Positions 1-12,239 of a stretch of DNA of 57,846 bases are shown in pieces (positions within the stretch are counted from its first letter, which is position 1; each line of letters opens with the position of its first letter). Position numbers and translations under genes: made by a program. Location of the stretch: NCBI RefSeq assembly GCF_001194135.2, contig NC_068990.1, positions 83,279,355-83,337,200 on the forward strand, written 5' to 3'. This DNA comes from Octopus bimaculoides (lineage: Eukaryota). The notes under the pieces were generated by a model that saw only the letters and a list, made by a program, of their open reading frames with translations, did not search any database and was not told the DNA's origin.

Positions 1-9
1 ATATATACA

Positions 10-190
10 TATGATAGACTTCTTTCAGTTTCTGTCCAACAAATCCAATCAGAAGGTTTTGTTGTTGTTGTATCTTCTACTGTAGCCTCTACCCGATGCT
101 GTAGTAGAGGACACTAGTTCAAGGTGGGATAGAACTCGGTACCATGTGAATGTGAAGCAAACTTCTTACAACACAGCCACGCTTGCGCCT
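10..190 (-). mobile_element. SINE family A, degraded 5' (tRNA/CORE-like) half
   Basis: Reverse complement resembles the head of the full copy at 44271-44725 (ttctttcagtttc ... acacagccac ... gcgcct), with many substitutions. Confidence 0.7.
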
Positions 191-199
191 GAGGATAAA

Positions 200-560
200 A
201 TATTCAGAGAAATCCTTCATCATTTCACACTCATAGTAAACCTGGAGCACAATGAATATTCTGTGCTAATGTACTACGTGCTTCGATCATATTGGCAGAG
301 TCTTCTGATGTCAGCTGAAAAAGGTTCTTCTTATGCCTGTTTTGTAAATAGTGTTCCCTTTGCCCGAAAGCAAATAGCATATGTTCCCCAGAGCATGAAA
401 TTTTGGGAGATAAACTTTTCAATAATTTAAAATTGCAAAATTATAATCATCTTCCCTGTATATAAGAGTGCCTGGTATTTGCCAGTAGGCTTTTGTTATC
501 TACCTCTCGCTGTAAGAGAAATTTCACTCGGGAACTTTTGGCGTATCACTTTCATTACAT
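200..560 (-). mobile_element. Degenerate RTE-like LINE reverse transcriptase fragment
   Basis: Minus-strand translation with stops gives EISLTARG..GKMIIIL..TYAICFRAKGTLFTK..YDRST*YI. This is reminiscent of the RT N-terminal E.LKAGG / YRPI.LL..KLFTK / ST.DHI motifs. Heavily decayed. Confidence 0.4.
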
Positions 561-1461
561 CAGGTCATAATTGTATGTGTATATATANNNNNNNNNNNNN
601 NNNNNNNNNNNNNNNNNNNNNNNNNNNNNNNNNNNNNNNNNNNNNNNNNNNNNNNNNNNNNNNNNNNNNNNNNNNNNNNNNNNNNNNNNNNNNNNNNNNN
701 NNNNNNNNNNNNNNNNNNNNNNNNNNNNNNNNNNNNNNNNNNNNNNNNNNNNNNNNNNNNNNNNNNNNNNNNNNNNNNNNNNNNNNNNNNNNNNNNNNNN
801 NNNNNNNNNNNNNNNNNNNNNNNNNNNNNNNNNNNNNNNNNNNNNNNNNNNNNNNNNNNNNNNNNNNNNNNNNNNNNNNNNNNNNNNNNNNNNNNNNNNN
901 NNNNNNNNNNNNNNNNNNNNNNNNNNNNNNNNNNNNNNNNNNNNNNNNNNNNNNNNNNNNNNNNNNNNNNNNNNNNNNNNNNNNNNNNNNNNNNNNNNNN
1001 NNNNNNNNNNNNNNNNNNNNNNNNNNNNNNNNNNNNNNNNNNNNNNNNNNNNNNNNNNNNNNNNNNNNNNNNNNNNNNNNNNNNNNNNNNNNNNNNNNNN
1101 NNNNNNNNNNNNNNNNNNNNNNNNNNNNNNNNNNNNNNNNNNNNNNNNNNNNNNNNNNNNNNNNNNNNNNNNNNNNNNNNNNNNNNNNNNNNNNNNNNNN
1201 NNNNNNNNNNNNNNNNNNNNNNNNNNNNNNNNNNNNNNNNNNNNNNNNNNNNNNNNNNNNNNNNNNNNNNNNNNNNNNNNNNNNNNNNNNNNNNNNNNNN
1301 NNNNNNNNNNNNNNNNNNNNNNNNNNNNNNNNNNNNNNNNNNNNNNNNNNNNNNNNNNNNNNNNNNNNNNNNNNNNNNNNNNNNNNNNNNNNNNNNNNNN
1401 NNNNNNNNNNNNNNNNNNNNNNNNNNNNNNNNNNNNNNNNNNNNNNNNNNNNNNNNNNNNN

Positions 1462-1493
<32 letters not shown>

Positions 1494-1640
1494 TGTATAT
1501 AGATATATATGCATACATATATGTGTGTGTGTCTGTATTTGTATATCCATACGTACATATATACATATATACATAAATGCACATACACATACATGCATAC
1601 ATTTACACATATACACTCACATACTATCATTCAAAAGCTA

Positions 1641-1697
1641 CGTGGCTTAGTGGACGGTGTTTGGCTCACGATTACATGGTCAGAGGTTCGCTTCCTT
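1641..1697 (+). mobile_element. Isolated tRNA-derived SINE head (Pol III A/B boxes)
   Basis: TGGCTTAGTGG (A-box-like) and GGTTCGCTTCC (B-box-like) at tRNA spacing. No acceptor stem. Confidence 0.4.
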
Positions 1698-1983
1698 GCG
1701 AAGAAAATGTCTTATAAATCTAAATAAAATACGTTTTGTCGTGGTTTTCAGCCCACTCATTTAGAATTGATGCCAGCTGGATGTTGCTCAAGATTCTTCT
1801 CTTCCTCTACTTGTTACAGCATGGTAACGGTGGAATTCTAGTTTAAGCATCCCATATAACTCCTCATACCTTTTTTAAAAATATTTTTGGGAATTTTCAG
1901 AGAATTTTTGCGAATTTGTGTTCTACACGCGGGAATTCATGATCATAGAAAAAAAAACTTCGTTTTAATATTTCAAAACCTCC

Positions 1984-2673
1984 CTAGCATATGGGAGGCC
2001 CACCTTCCACCATCACTTCCAGCCCCACATCCTCGGGCAGAACCGCTTCTTCTGCAATTCCGTTCAGATCCTCCAAACTCGCTTCTATGGATGGCCGTCT
2101 CTCTGCCCTACCCCAATAATTCAACCTTTTGGTTCTCGTTGCCTTGAGTATCTTGGCATCCTCCTCCATGTTAAACATTATGGCTGTCATCAGCCATGTT
2201 TCCTTTTTCTCTGGGTGTACTTTGCCAACTCTCACCCAGGCAATACACTTGCCACAGTACGTCGGCAAAAGTACCCATTCTTCCTTTCTTATGGCTTCCG
2301 TGAAGTGCTTTATCGCTTCGTCTTCCGTCGCGAAATGCACCTCCGCTGTGCCATACTTTTTTCCCCGTGTGATGAACGCGGTAAGTTTCTTAATGTCCTT
2401 CAGGCAGTTCTCAACAGCTTCAATAGCTGCTATATCTATCTTCTTTGTTGATAACCTCAGAGTTTTAAATATTACCGTTCTATTGTTTACACTGCTTGTG
2501 AGTTCCTCGGGCGGCGTCAATTTTAACGTGTTTCCCTCCTTTTTCAGTAGTTTCTCACATTCTTTCATCTTCTTCGACTCGACCTTTATTTCACGAACCT
2601 CCACAGCTACAATTTCTATTCCTCTACCAGTTGCTGCCGCAGAGCTGTGGCCTCTTGCTGGCACTTTTTCCAT
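1984..2673 (-). CDS. LINE (Tx1/L1-like) ORF1 nucleic-acid-binding protein, RRM-like, truncated at the zinc knuckle
   Basis: ATG at 2673 opens a 229-codon frame (the ORF track starts at an upstream GTG). Motifs RTVIF..., KYGTAEVHFATEDEA (RNP1-like), LPTYCG..VRVGKV.PE and LEVMVEGGPPIC* match the ORF1 pattern V.VEGRPP.C..C..GH, with a stop where the CCHC knuckle should continue. A T/G-rich 5' UTR-like stretch lies at about 2680-2950. Confidence 0.75.
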   Translation of the reverse strand: MEKVPARGHSSAAATGRGIEIVAVEVREIKVESKKMKECEKLLKKEGNTLKLTPPEELTSSVNNRTVIFKTLRLSTKKIDIAAIEAVENCLKDIKKLTAFITRGKKYGTAEVHFATEDEAIKHFTEAIRKEEWVLLPTYCGKCIAWVRVGKVHPEKKETWLMTAIMFNMEEDAKILKATRTKRLNYWGRAERRPSIEASLEDLNGIAEEAVLPEDVGLEVMVEGGPPIC

Positions 2674-3061
2674 CTTTCCCACAATGGGACGAAAGTAAAC
2701 AATTCAACAATAACGTAAGAGCAATTTCAACAATCAATAATCATAGATACACCCACGAGGGGAGAACTTCAACACTCAACTAACAATGTGACCTACATCC
2801 AACGGAGACCAAACAATGATTAACACGAAAAGGAGAGAACTCTCAAAAACTGTTTACCAACCCAAACTCCCAATTTCTCACAATTCTTTGCTTTATATCA
2901 ATGAGTTAGTCCACCGTTTAGTCACTTGAGGAGTGGTCGGAATCCTTCCACAGCAATATTATTGTTGCTGTTATGCAACTCTATCAGCACAACTGTCGAA
3001 TTTGTTCTACCTTCAACCAAATTGTCTTTCTCTCAACCTTCTCTCTAGGTCTACATACTCT

Positions 3062-3425
3062 CTCTTTTACTCTTTTACTTGTTTTAGTCATTTGACTGCG
3101 GTCATGCTGGAGCACCGCCTTTAGTCGAGCAAATCGACCCTAGGACTTATTCTTTTGTAAGTCTAGTACTTATTCTATCGGTCTCTTTTACCGAACCACT
3201 AAGTTACGGGGACGTAAACACACCAGCATCGGTTGTCAAGCGATGTTGGGAAGACAAACACAGACACACANNNNNNNNNNNNNNNNNNNNNNNNNNNNNN
3301 NNNNNNNNNNNNNNNNNNNNNNNNNNNNNNNNNNNNNNNNNNNNNNNNNNNNNNNNNNNNNNNNNNNNNNNNNNNNNNNNNNNNNNNNNNNTATATACAT
3401 ATATACGACGAGCTTCTTTCAGTTT
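3062..3425 (-). mobile_element. SINE family A copy (3' half, internal microsatellite collapsed into a gap, start of 5' half)
   Basis: ctcttttacttgtt..agtcatttgactgcggtcatgctggagcaccgcctttagtcgagc matches the 3' end of 44271-44725. Confidence 0.85.
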
Positions 3426-3429
3426 TGTG

Positions 3430-4010
3430 AACATTCTTCAGAGTTTCAGAAAAGTATCCGACCTAGTTTTACAGTAGTTGACTCCCAATCGGCATGTGTG
3501 CGTAATTTCTTCCAAATAATATAAGCAATGTTGTTCCTCTCAACTGTGGCAGCGTAACCGCAAACGAAGTATTTGGTACTTTCTAGGTTGTTTGAAGGTG
3601 AGCAGAAAGGCAGAAATCACACATTTTTCAGTTTGTATTGTGTCAGAGGTGAAGAACATTTGTTGCCAATGATATTTCTGAAACACTAGACTGTTCGAGG
3701 AACAAAATGTGTTATTGTTATTGTAGAAACATGTAAGGTAGGTTCTCTTGATTAAGAAGCTATTAAATGATTAAATGTGGGGGAAAAACTGTGATGGCTA
3801 GAAGTGTTAAAATGAGCGGTATGTTAGACCTATCATTGACAATAGCTTGTCTTTCGGAACTGGGGTTTTCGCGTGTTGTTTCTATTGGTTATTTATATTC
3901 CGAAGTCACCAAGATCCTCGACAGGTTGTCATGGAATCGCGTGTTTAAAAACAAAACCAGAAATGAAACTAATCCTGAGTGCATGTCTCTCTAATGTTAA
4001 GCGAGTTGCA
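3430..4010 (-). mobile_element. Degenerate Penelope-like element (RT thumb / linker / start of GIY-YIG)
   Basis: Across frameshifts: LNIRETCTQD, RGSW..INNQ..PKDKLL, NIPLILT, QKYHWQQM.TSD, LTFKQPRKYQILR, CRLGVNYCKT. These match in order the PLE motifs LR.RRICS, RGY, IP.VLT, KHW..L.SD, F+QP.NL and C...CKTC. Confidence 0.6.
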
Positions 4011-4019
4011 AGCTGCCAG

Positions 4020-4320
4020 AACGAAAGAAGCGAAGGAAGGAAAGAAAGAAAGAAATAAGGAAAGAAAGAAAGAAATAGGGAAAGAAAGAAAGAAGTGGAA
4101 AAGAATTGAACAGAGATTATAAAAGAAGAGGAGAAGAAAATTTTCCAAAGGAAATTAAAGAAGAAAGTATGGGAGAAGAGATAGCAGAAAGAAGCAAACA
4201 TACAGAGATGCATAGAAATGGAGAGAGAGTCAGACAGACATAGACAGACTGTCAGATAGACAGATAGACAGAGAAGTACAGGAAGACCGACAGACAAGCA
4301 GATAGAGACACAGACGGAGA
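4020..4320 (+). repeat. (GAAA)n / (GACA)n purine-rich low-complexity tract
   Basis: Directly visible degenerate tetranucleotide repeats. Confidence 0.85.
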
Positions 4321-4555
4321 GTGGGTGGGAGGAATAAGTGTGTAAGCGAAAGTATTCAGATTGAGACCATAAGGTTGAGACTGAGCCAACATTTCAGTAA
4401 ACAGCATCTGACAAGCTGAGGAGAAAATATATGTAGACATGAAAGGGGAAAAAAACCACCATCAACAACAACTACAACTCAAGACTTGTGGTACAAAAAT
4501 AGATAAGATACTACTAATTAACCTCTAGTGAGATATATATATATATTTATATATA

Positions 4556-4604
<49 letters not shown>

Positions 4605-4752
4605 TTTGAGAATATTCAAGTGTGTGTGTGTATGTGCCTGTATATGTGTGCGCGTGAAAGACCGCTACAGCGAATGCGATATAAATATGCATATATAATT
4701 GCATATATATCATTGGACACACACACACAAACACACACAAACACACACACAC

Positions 4753-4785
<33 letters not shown>

Positions 4786-4850
4786 TGTATGTACATACAT
4801 ACATACATACATACATNNNNNNNNNNATATATATATATATATATATATAT

Positions 4851-4993
4851 ACAACGGGCTTCTTTCAGTTTCCGACTACCAAATCCACTCACAAGGCTTT
4901 GGTCGACCTGAGGCTATAGTAAAAGTCATTTGCGCAAGGTGCCACGCTGTGGGACTGAACCCGGAATCAAGCTACTAACCACACACCCACTCC
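4851..4993 (-). mobile_element. SINE family A, 5' half
   Basis: gggcttctttcagtttccg.ctaccaaatccactcacaaggctttggtcg ... gtgggactgaacccggaa matches the reverse complement of 44271-44430. Confidence 0.85.
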
Positions 4994-5381
4994 GAATTTG
5001 TGTAAATGTGTATAGAATTATATATCAGTCGAATAAAGTTATAACATAGTTTGGTTTTCACGTTTTTTATTATTGTATTTAAAATTAAAATATTTTTACA
5101 ATGTTGAAGTGTGTTAAACATAAAAGAAAATATTTAGTAATGTTCATAAAGTTCAATTAGTGCTTTCAATTTAGAAATGATCAATAAAGTTCAATTACTA
5201 CGAACAAATGTTCGTAGTAATCATCAGATTTCAAAATCTATTGACTGACAGTTGAACTGAGTGCTTGACAACTGTAGTAAAATGACTGACTACTTCCTTT
5301 TCATACCATTTAGAAGGCTCCGAGTAACTGAATTTTTTTAATATGGTTTTGACCAATCAGCATGCAGCTTAAACGTCTCGG

Positions 5382-5423
<42 letters not shown>

Positions 5424-6182
5424 TACATATATGCATATATGTATGTCCGTGTATACAAATATTTTCAATTTTCACGCAGTGGCGGTCAAATAGACCGTCC
5501 ATCAGCTCCAGGGTCATAAAAGGTAGCACACTGAGAGATAAAATTCTAGAAGAATGTGTTTGTGAACCGAACTTGTATATGTTACGGTCATGCCTTCGCG
5601 ATACTCCCTGAGAACGATATAAACCTTTAACAGATTTGAATTTATGAATCATAAAGAGGCTTTCACTACCTTTTCGGTTCACAACATTCCGGCGTGTAGC
5701 GTTCCTTTTTAATAAGTGCTGATTTGGCTGTGATAAGATAAGCTGCAGCCAAATTAATCGACTGCTGTATATTACTGGTAGATAATTGTTCCTGATCGAG
5801 CGAGCCTATGATCAAATACATTTCAAATGTAATAATATCAACTATTATTTTCCAGTAGAGGACAATAGCCTTTGTGTACTCCCCTCTTTGAAACCTAAGC
5901 GTGTACTCTCAGATAGATTTGGCTGTTGTTTCTTACAACTGTGTAGATGACATTTTGTTTCCTCGGTATTCGTAGGTAGTTCAGTGCATATTTCATTGAA
6001 CCTAAGAGCGAGTGGCAGATGAGATAAGTGATAAATTGGTAAAAACATTAAATATTACATGAAACAGTACGCTACTGTTAATACTATTTCGACGTTACTT
6101 CCCTCCATAATATATTTATCTTATCTCTTTCTCCACATTAAACATTATTCGCTTTCCTACTCGCGCAGTTTTATTTAGAAAT

Positions 6183-6939
6183 ATATGAAGACAAAGAAGA
6201 AAACAAAACGACTCCATTGATGGTAATTGCATTTCAGATATTTTAAGCATCTATCGATCAGTTTAAGAAAAAACTTGTACTCATTTACAGCTGGTCTTTC
6301 GCTGTTTCAGATCGAATTTTGAGAAACTGAGTCGATTCTCGAGAGAATAACCAATTCCCTGCAAGAATGTATCGCAATCATATTCAAAAACAAAACATTA
6401 CATTTGATTAGTATAGCTGTATTGTTGTATAATTACCACTCTTCTATCTTTATTTAGATAGCTATTTCTGTCTCTCTCACTCACTCTCTCCCCCTCTCTT
6501 TCATCATCTATCTATTTATCTATCTACCTATCTCTATCTCTATCTCCATATATTTGTGTGTGTACGTATATATATANNNNNNNNNNNNNNNNNNNNNNNN
6601 NNNNNNNNNNNNNNNNNNNNNNNNNNNNNNNNNNNNNNNNNNNNNNNNNNNNNNNNNNNNNNNNNNNNNNNNNNNNNNNNNNNNNNNNNNNNNNNNNNNN
6701 NNNNNNNNNNNNNNNNNNNNNNNNNNNNNNNNNNNNNNNNNNNNNNNNNNNNNNNNNNNNNNNNNNNNNNNNNNNNNNNNNNNNNNNNNNNNNNNNNNNN
6801 NNNNNNNNNNNNNNNNNNNNNNNNNNNNNNNNNNNNNNNNNNNNNNNNNNNNNNNNNNNNNNNNNNNNNNNNNNNNNNNNNNNNNNNNNNNNNNNNNNNN
6901 NNNNNNNNNNNNNNNNNNNNNNNNNNNNNNNNNNNNNNN

Positions 6940-6987
<48 letters not shown>

Positions 6988-7487
6988 TGAACTGGGAAAA
7001 TGAGTGCTTAACACTGCATCTGATGGATAGATATGCTCTTTAATTGTAGATTAACAATTCTACAAATGGATTCGTTTGCAAATTCCACACTTTTCAAAAG
7101 TTCCACTTATGAATGTTGGTAATCCGTCTCCATGTTGGATGAGGCTACGTGAGATTACACACACACACACATCATGATCATCATCATCATTATTATTACT
7201 GCGTTTTCCACTGTCTGTGGAAGAGACATGTTCCACTGGTCAATCCATCTTTTGCTAGCGCCCTCTGGAGGCGGGATTTGTTTTTGCATGCCATCATTGC
7301 TGATGCAACTAAAACAGCGCCTCCTGCAGGTTTCCCTGGACGGTCAACAGATGTGGTCTCCGTTCGTCAGATAAGCTGCAGTCTTGAGTCAAGACAGAAA
7401 AGACGAAAAATATGAAGACAAAGAAGAAAACAAAACGACTCCATTGATGGTAATTACATTTCAGATATTCTAAGCATCCATCGATCA
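6183..7487 (+). repeat. 78-bp direct repeat pair (6183-6260 and 7410-7487)
   Basis: The two copies differ at 3 of 78 positions by manual alignment. Confidence 0.95.
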
Positions 7488-8499
7488 AATCTGCCGTGTG
7501 CTCACCAGTCGGGCAATGCAGTTCATGGCAATTTGGTTGAACAGTATAGAGAGACCTTGTAGTGGACGATGCTATCGCTAACAAAGTTTGATGAAATGAA
7601 AAGGCAAATAATTGAGGCCACAGAGCTCACATTTTACAATAAAAGTTTGCCATTAATTTTAGTTTTAGATATATTTTTAATCGTTGTTTGGGTTGTTCTG
7701 TGAAGATAGAGGTGAATAACCACTGGATATATATCAATGCCAGCATTCACAAATAAATAAAGACAGATTATCTATAATATTTCGACTTCATACATTTAAT
7801 AAATTCCTAAATGGACAATATTTGGAATTAATCATCAATCATAAGCCAATAATACAGATATTCTGACAGTATTAAATTACACCGGTATTTAGTTTCAATA
7901 ACTGAAACGTTGAGCAATATTATTGATGTCAATATACATTATAGTATAAAGCTTCAAACAGCAGAAAAATATTTATCCATATCAAAAGCGCTGGTTGGTC
8001 CTCACTACGATTTTGATGAAAGCTACAAAAATCCTATTCTATCTTGATTCGGAATACGTATAATAGGCGGTGCAAATCTTGAGGGAATGATGTTTTTTCA
8101 CTAAAGAATTGAATAAGCCATGAAAATTAGTATCAATATTGTTTGTATTAAACAACTAACTCATGAAAAATTAAGTATTGAAGACAAACATCTAAGAGAA
8201 TAGTGGATAAAAATGTAATACAATCGTTTATCAAGATACATTTATTAATTTTACAGTTCAGTTTGCTTTGAGTAATTATTCTAAAACGTTTTAAATCATC
8301 AACAAGGTCCCTGGCGCAATAGCTTAGATGAAAAAACAAAGCATTATTACTACTAGCTGAAAATGTAATCCTACATTGAGGTGGTAATCAATTTTGTGTT
8401 TTAGGATGTCCACTACTTCTTAAATTACCAGATACGGAATATAATAAATGAACAAAAACAAAAATCTACAACCTGATATTTGACTATAGATGTAGCTTA

Positions 8500-8870
8500 T
8501 TGTTACTGACTCGTTCTTTAAATTTTCCATATGTTGCATCGACAACTACGAATGAAACATTGATAAAACTCTGTAGAATTTTTCCTCAGTGAAGGACAGC
8601 ACGAAACAATAATATTCAACAATCGAACTTAATTTAAACAATCTTGCAATGAAATTAACATGGTTCCTATTTTCCAACTTGTTTCAATCTTTGAAATAGG
8701 GCTTTGTTGAAGCATTCAAACAAAGACATCGAAAATAATGGCATAGAAAGCATTCCTCATTGGAAGGACAACCAACGATTTTATTCTCATGCTGTTTTGT
8801 CTCACATGCAGCCTTTGGCAGAAAATCGCCGATAGAAACACTGAACACAGCCGAGAGCCACGAATGATTA
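8500..8870 (+). mobile_element. Degenerate pogo/Tigger-like (DDE_1) transposase fragment
   Basis: LNNLAMKLTWFL..FQSLK*GFVEAFKQRHRK then (frameshift) MLFCLTCSLWQKIA. This resembles FLPPN.TS.LQP.DQG+I.AFK..YR and DA+..I..AW. Confidence 0.45.
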
Positions 8871-10139
8871 TTTTATTATTGCCTCTTCCGTACCATGATC
8901 AAAATGGAGGACACACAAAACAAACAGTTTCATTAAATTGTATTTTGGATGATCAGAACAGGTTTCGGTTACAAGATTTTCTAGGATCATTGACGACCAA
9001 ACACAAATTGCACGAATTTGAATGATTGGTTGCTGCATGAAATCGATTCGCAACTATTATCATCAGCACTTACCGATCACGATCCACAGTCAACGCCACA
9101 TATAGTAACACACAACTGCGCAGACTGACCAGGCAGCGATGGTTACAGAGATGTGATATGCGCCATCTTAAAGTAGTTGACGAAAATAAAATGATGTTAA
9201 ATGTGCATTAAATGTTTGTGTTATTTATAAATTAATACATGCATCATTCTTGTACGAGACTTATCATATAATCTTTATATAAAGTTAGATTGAATTTGGA
9301 AGCGAGCATTAATATATCCGATAATTCAATTACTCAATTTATTTTATGTTTTATCTTATATATTTGGTACAAGGCTTAAAGGGAGTACTAACATATTTCA
9401 GAGAAATTATCTTATTTTGGCTACATATACACCATACACCATACAGATACTATATCTACACACACATACACATACGCATACATACATACATACATATGCA
9501 TATATATNNNNNNNNNNNNNNNNNNNNNNNNNNNNNNNNNNNNNNNNNNNNNNNNNNNNNNNNNNNNNNNNNNNNNNNNNNNNNNNNNNNNNNNNNNNNN
9601 NNNNNNNNNNNNNNNNNNNNNNNNNNNNNNNNNNNNNNNNNNNNNNNNNNNNNNNNNNNNNNNNNNNNNNNNNNNNNNNNNNNNNNNNNNNNNNNNNNNN
9701 NNNNNNNNNNNNNNNNNNNNNNNNNNNNNNNNNNNNNNNNNNNNNNNNNNNNNNNNNNNNNNNNNNNNNNNNNNNNNNNNNNNNNNNNNNNNNNNNNNNN
9801 NNNNNNNNNNNNNNNNNNNNNNNNNNNNNNNNNNNNNNNNNNNNNNNNNNNNNNNNNNNNNNNNNNNNNNNNNNNNNNNNNNNNNNNNNNNNNNNNNNNN
9901 NNNNNNNNNNNNNNNNNNNNNNNNNNNNNNNNNNNNNNNNNNNNNNNNNNNNNNNNNNNNNNNNNNNNNNNNNNNNNNNNNNNNNNNNNNNNNNNNNNNN
10001 NNNNNNNNNNNNNNNNNNNNNNNNNNNNNNNNNNNNNNNNNNCAACTAAATAATGGAAGATATTATACCTGATATTCAAACGATTCTGTCACATTGGCGT
10101 CACAGCCCTGAAGCCATTTTTACTATAACATGGCTGCTG

Positions 10140-10179
10140 CTGTTGCCAGTGACGATGATGATGATGGTGATGGTGGTGG

Positions 10180-10224
<45 letters not shown>

Positions 10225-10495
10225 CGACGACGATGACGACGACGGTGATGGCGATCGTGATCGTGATGATGGTAGCAGTGGTGGTGGTGGTGGTGGTGGT
10301 GGTGCGAAAACACTGCCAGGTATTATATAATCCGTTAGTCTATCGATTTAGGTACCCTCCGACACTCCCGCCCCACCTTCTTCGAAACGAATTCTGACAT
10401 TATGATAATGATACTTCCACAAACAACAACCTCAATAACTACCACTAATACTACTACCACTACTACCACCACCACCTGTGGTAGTGGTAGTAGTA

Positions 10496-10545
<50 letters not shown>

Positions 10546-10631
10546 TGTTGCTGTTGTTGTTGTGGTGGTGGTGGTGGTGGTGGTAGTGGTGGTAATGGTT
10601 GTGGTAGTGGTGGTGCTGGTGATAGTTGTTA

Positions 10632-10683
<52 letters not shown>

Positions 10684-10741
10684 GGTAGTGGTGGTAGTGG
10701 TGGTATTGGTGGTGGTGGTGATGGTGGTGGTGGTGGTAGTT

Positions 10742-10784
<43 letters not shown>

Positions 10785-11146
10785 CAGTAGTAGTAGCAGT
10801 AGTAGTAGTAGTAGTAGTAGTAATGGTGCCAGTAGAAATAGCAGAAGATCATGCAATAAAAAAAAACAATAATAAAAGAAGAAAAAAAAATGGTGTTTTA
10901 ATTATTTATTGCATGTATTTTGAGTTATCAGAATGCGAGCGATTGGGGGATTAGATAAAGATGTAGGAATTAAGCGCTGACAGATAAGAAAGGATCACCT
11001 TAAAATGGTGTTGTCACGTGGTATGTAGAGTCAAATGATGATGACAGAGTCAAACGGTGGTGGTGGTCGTGGTGGTTGGGAAGAAGTGACAGGTGAGTAA
11101 AGAAGATCGGGGGAACGAAAGGCGAAACTGTGGTGAAATATAGAAA

Positions 11147-11214
<68 letters not shown>

Positions 11215-11525
11215 ACGAAAGAAAGAAAGAAAGAAAGAAAAAAAGAAAGATAGAAAGAAAGAAAGAACGAAAGAAAGAAAGAAAAGAAAAAAGAAAGAAA
11301 GAAAGAAAGAAATATGTTCGATGAAGATAGGGGATGATGATGATGATGATGATGTTGATGATAATTATGATGATGATGATGATGATGACGATGACAGCTG
11401 TTACGATGACCATGATGAAGAGGAGAGGGGGTGAGAAGGAGGAGGAGGGGAGAAGGAGGATTGCAAACGGTGTCACGATACTGTTGATGGTCATAATGAC
11501 GCTGTTGTCTTTGTTGTTGTTGTTT
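10140..11525 (+). repeat. Compound microsatellite block: (GAT)n, (GGT)n, (GTA)n, (GAAA)n
   Basis: Directly visible; source of the poly-D/M/H/V/S/Y pseudo-ORFs. Confidence 0.97.
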
Positions 11526-12239
11526 TTTCTCCTACAAGGAGAAAAAAATATGCACCATCGTTGATAAGAATCGAACTTCTGACTAACTGGCTACCATGAT
11601 TCATGCGCGGTGTTTAACCGACGCGGTTAAGAGCTCTGTGCACATTCGTCACTAGTTTAAAATATCGTAAACAGAACAAGATCAAGAATTTTTTAATGTT
11701 CTATGATGTCACTAAACACCAACCACAATTTCTTGCAGTTACGTTCGGAAGGACGGAGGAGGATATGAGATGGGGGGAGGAAGAGGAGGGAGGAGGAGGA
11801 GGAGGAGGATTCCACTCAACTATCTCCTCCTTCCCCATCTCGTAATGTCACTGCAATTTAAATTTCTTGTTTTTTTTCTTTTTTCTTTTTTTTTTTTCAT
11901 CTTCTAATGTCCCGCAACTTAATTTCTGCCTTAGTTATTTTCAATTCAAAAGTCTTAACGTTTCTCTGGAAATTAATTCACTAATGTTTATAACCGGAGA
12001 GAGAAAGAGAGGAGAAGAGGAGAGAGAGAGAAAGAGAGGAGAGGGGGAGATAGAGAGGAGGGGAGAGGGGGACTGAATGAGTGAGTGAGTGAGTGAGATA
12101 TATAGACAGAGAAAGAGAGGTAGGGAGAGAGAAATTTTGTCCTTGACTAAACACCTAACAACCATCTTGATATCTTCCTTTTTTGGGGCTTTTTTTCCTG
12201 CTTTACTATATTTTTCGTATTTTTTCATGTAAAACATCT

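Noticed and set aside
7200-7400. Coding exon or identifiable LINE 3' end
   Set aside because: All minus-strand frames from the apparent acceptor contain stops. A (GAT/AAT) tail suggests a retroelement end, but no diagnostic motif allows a call.
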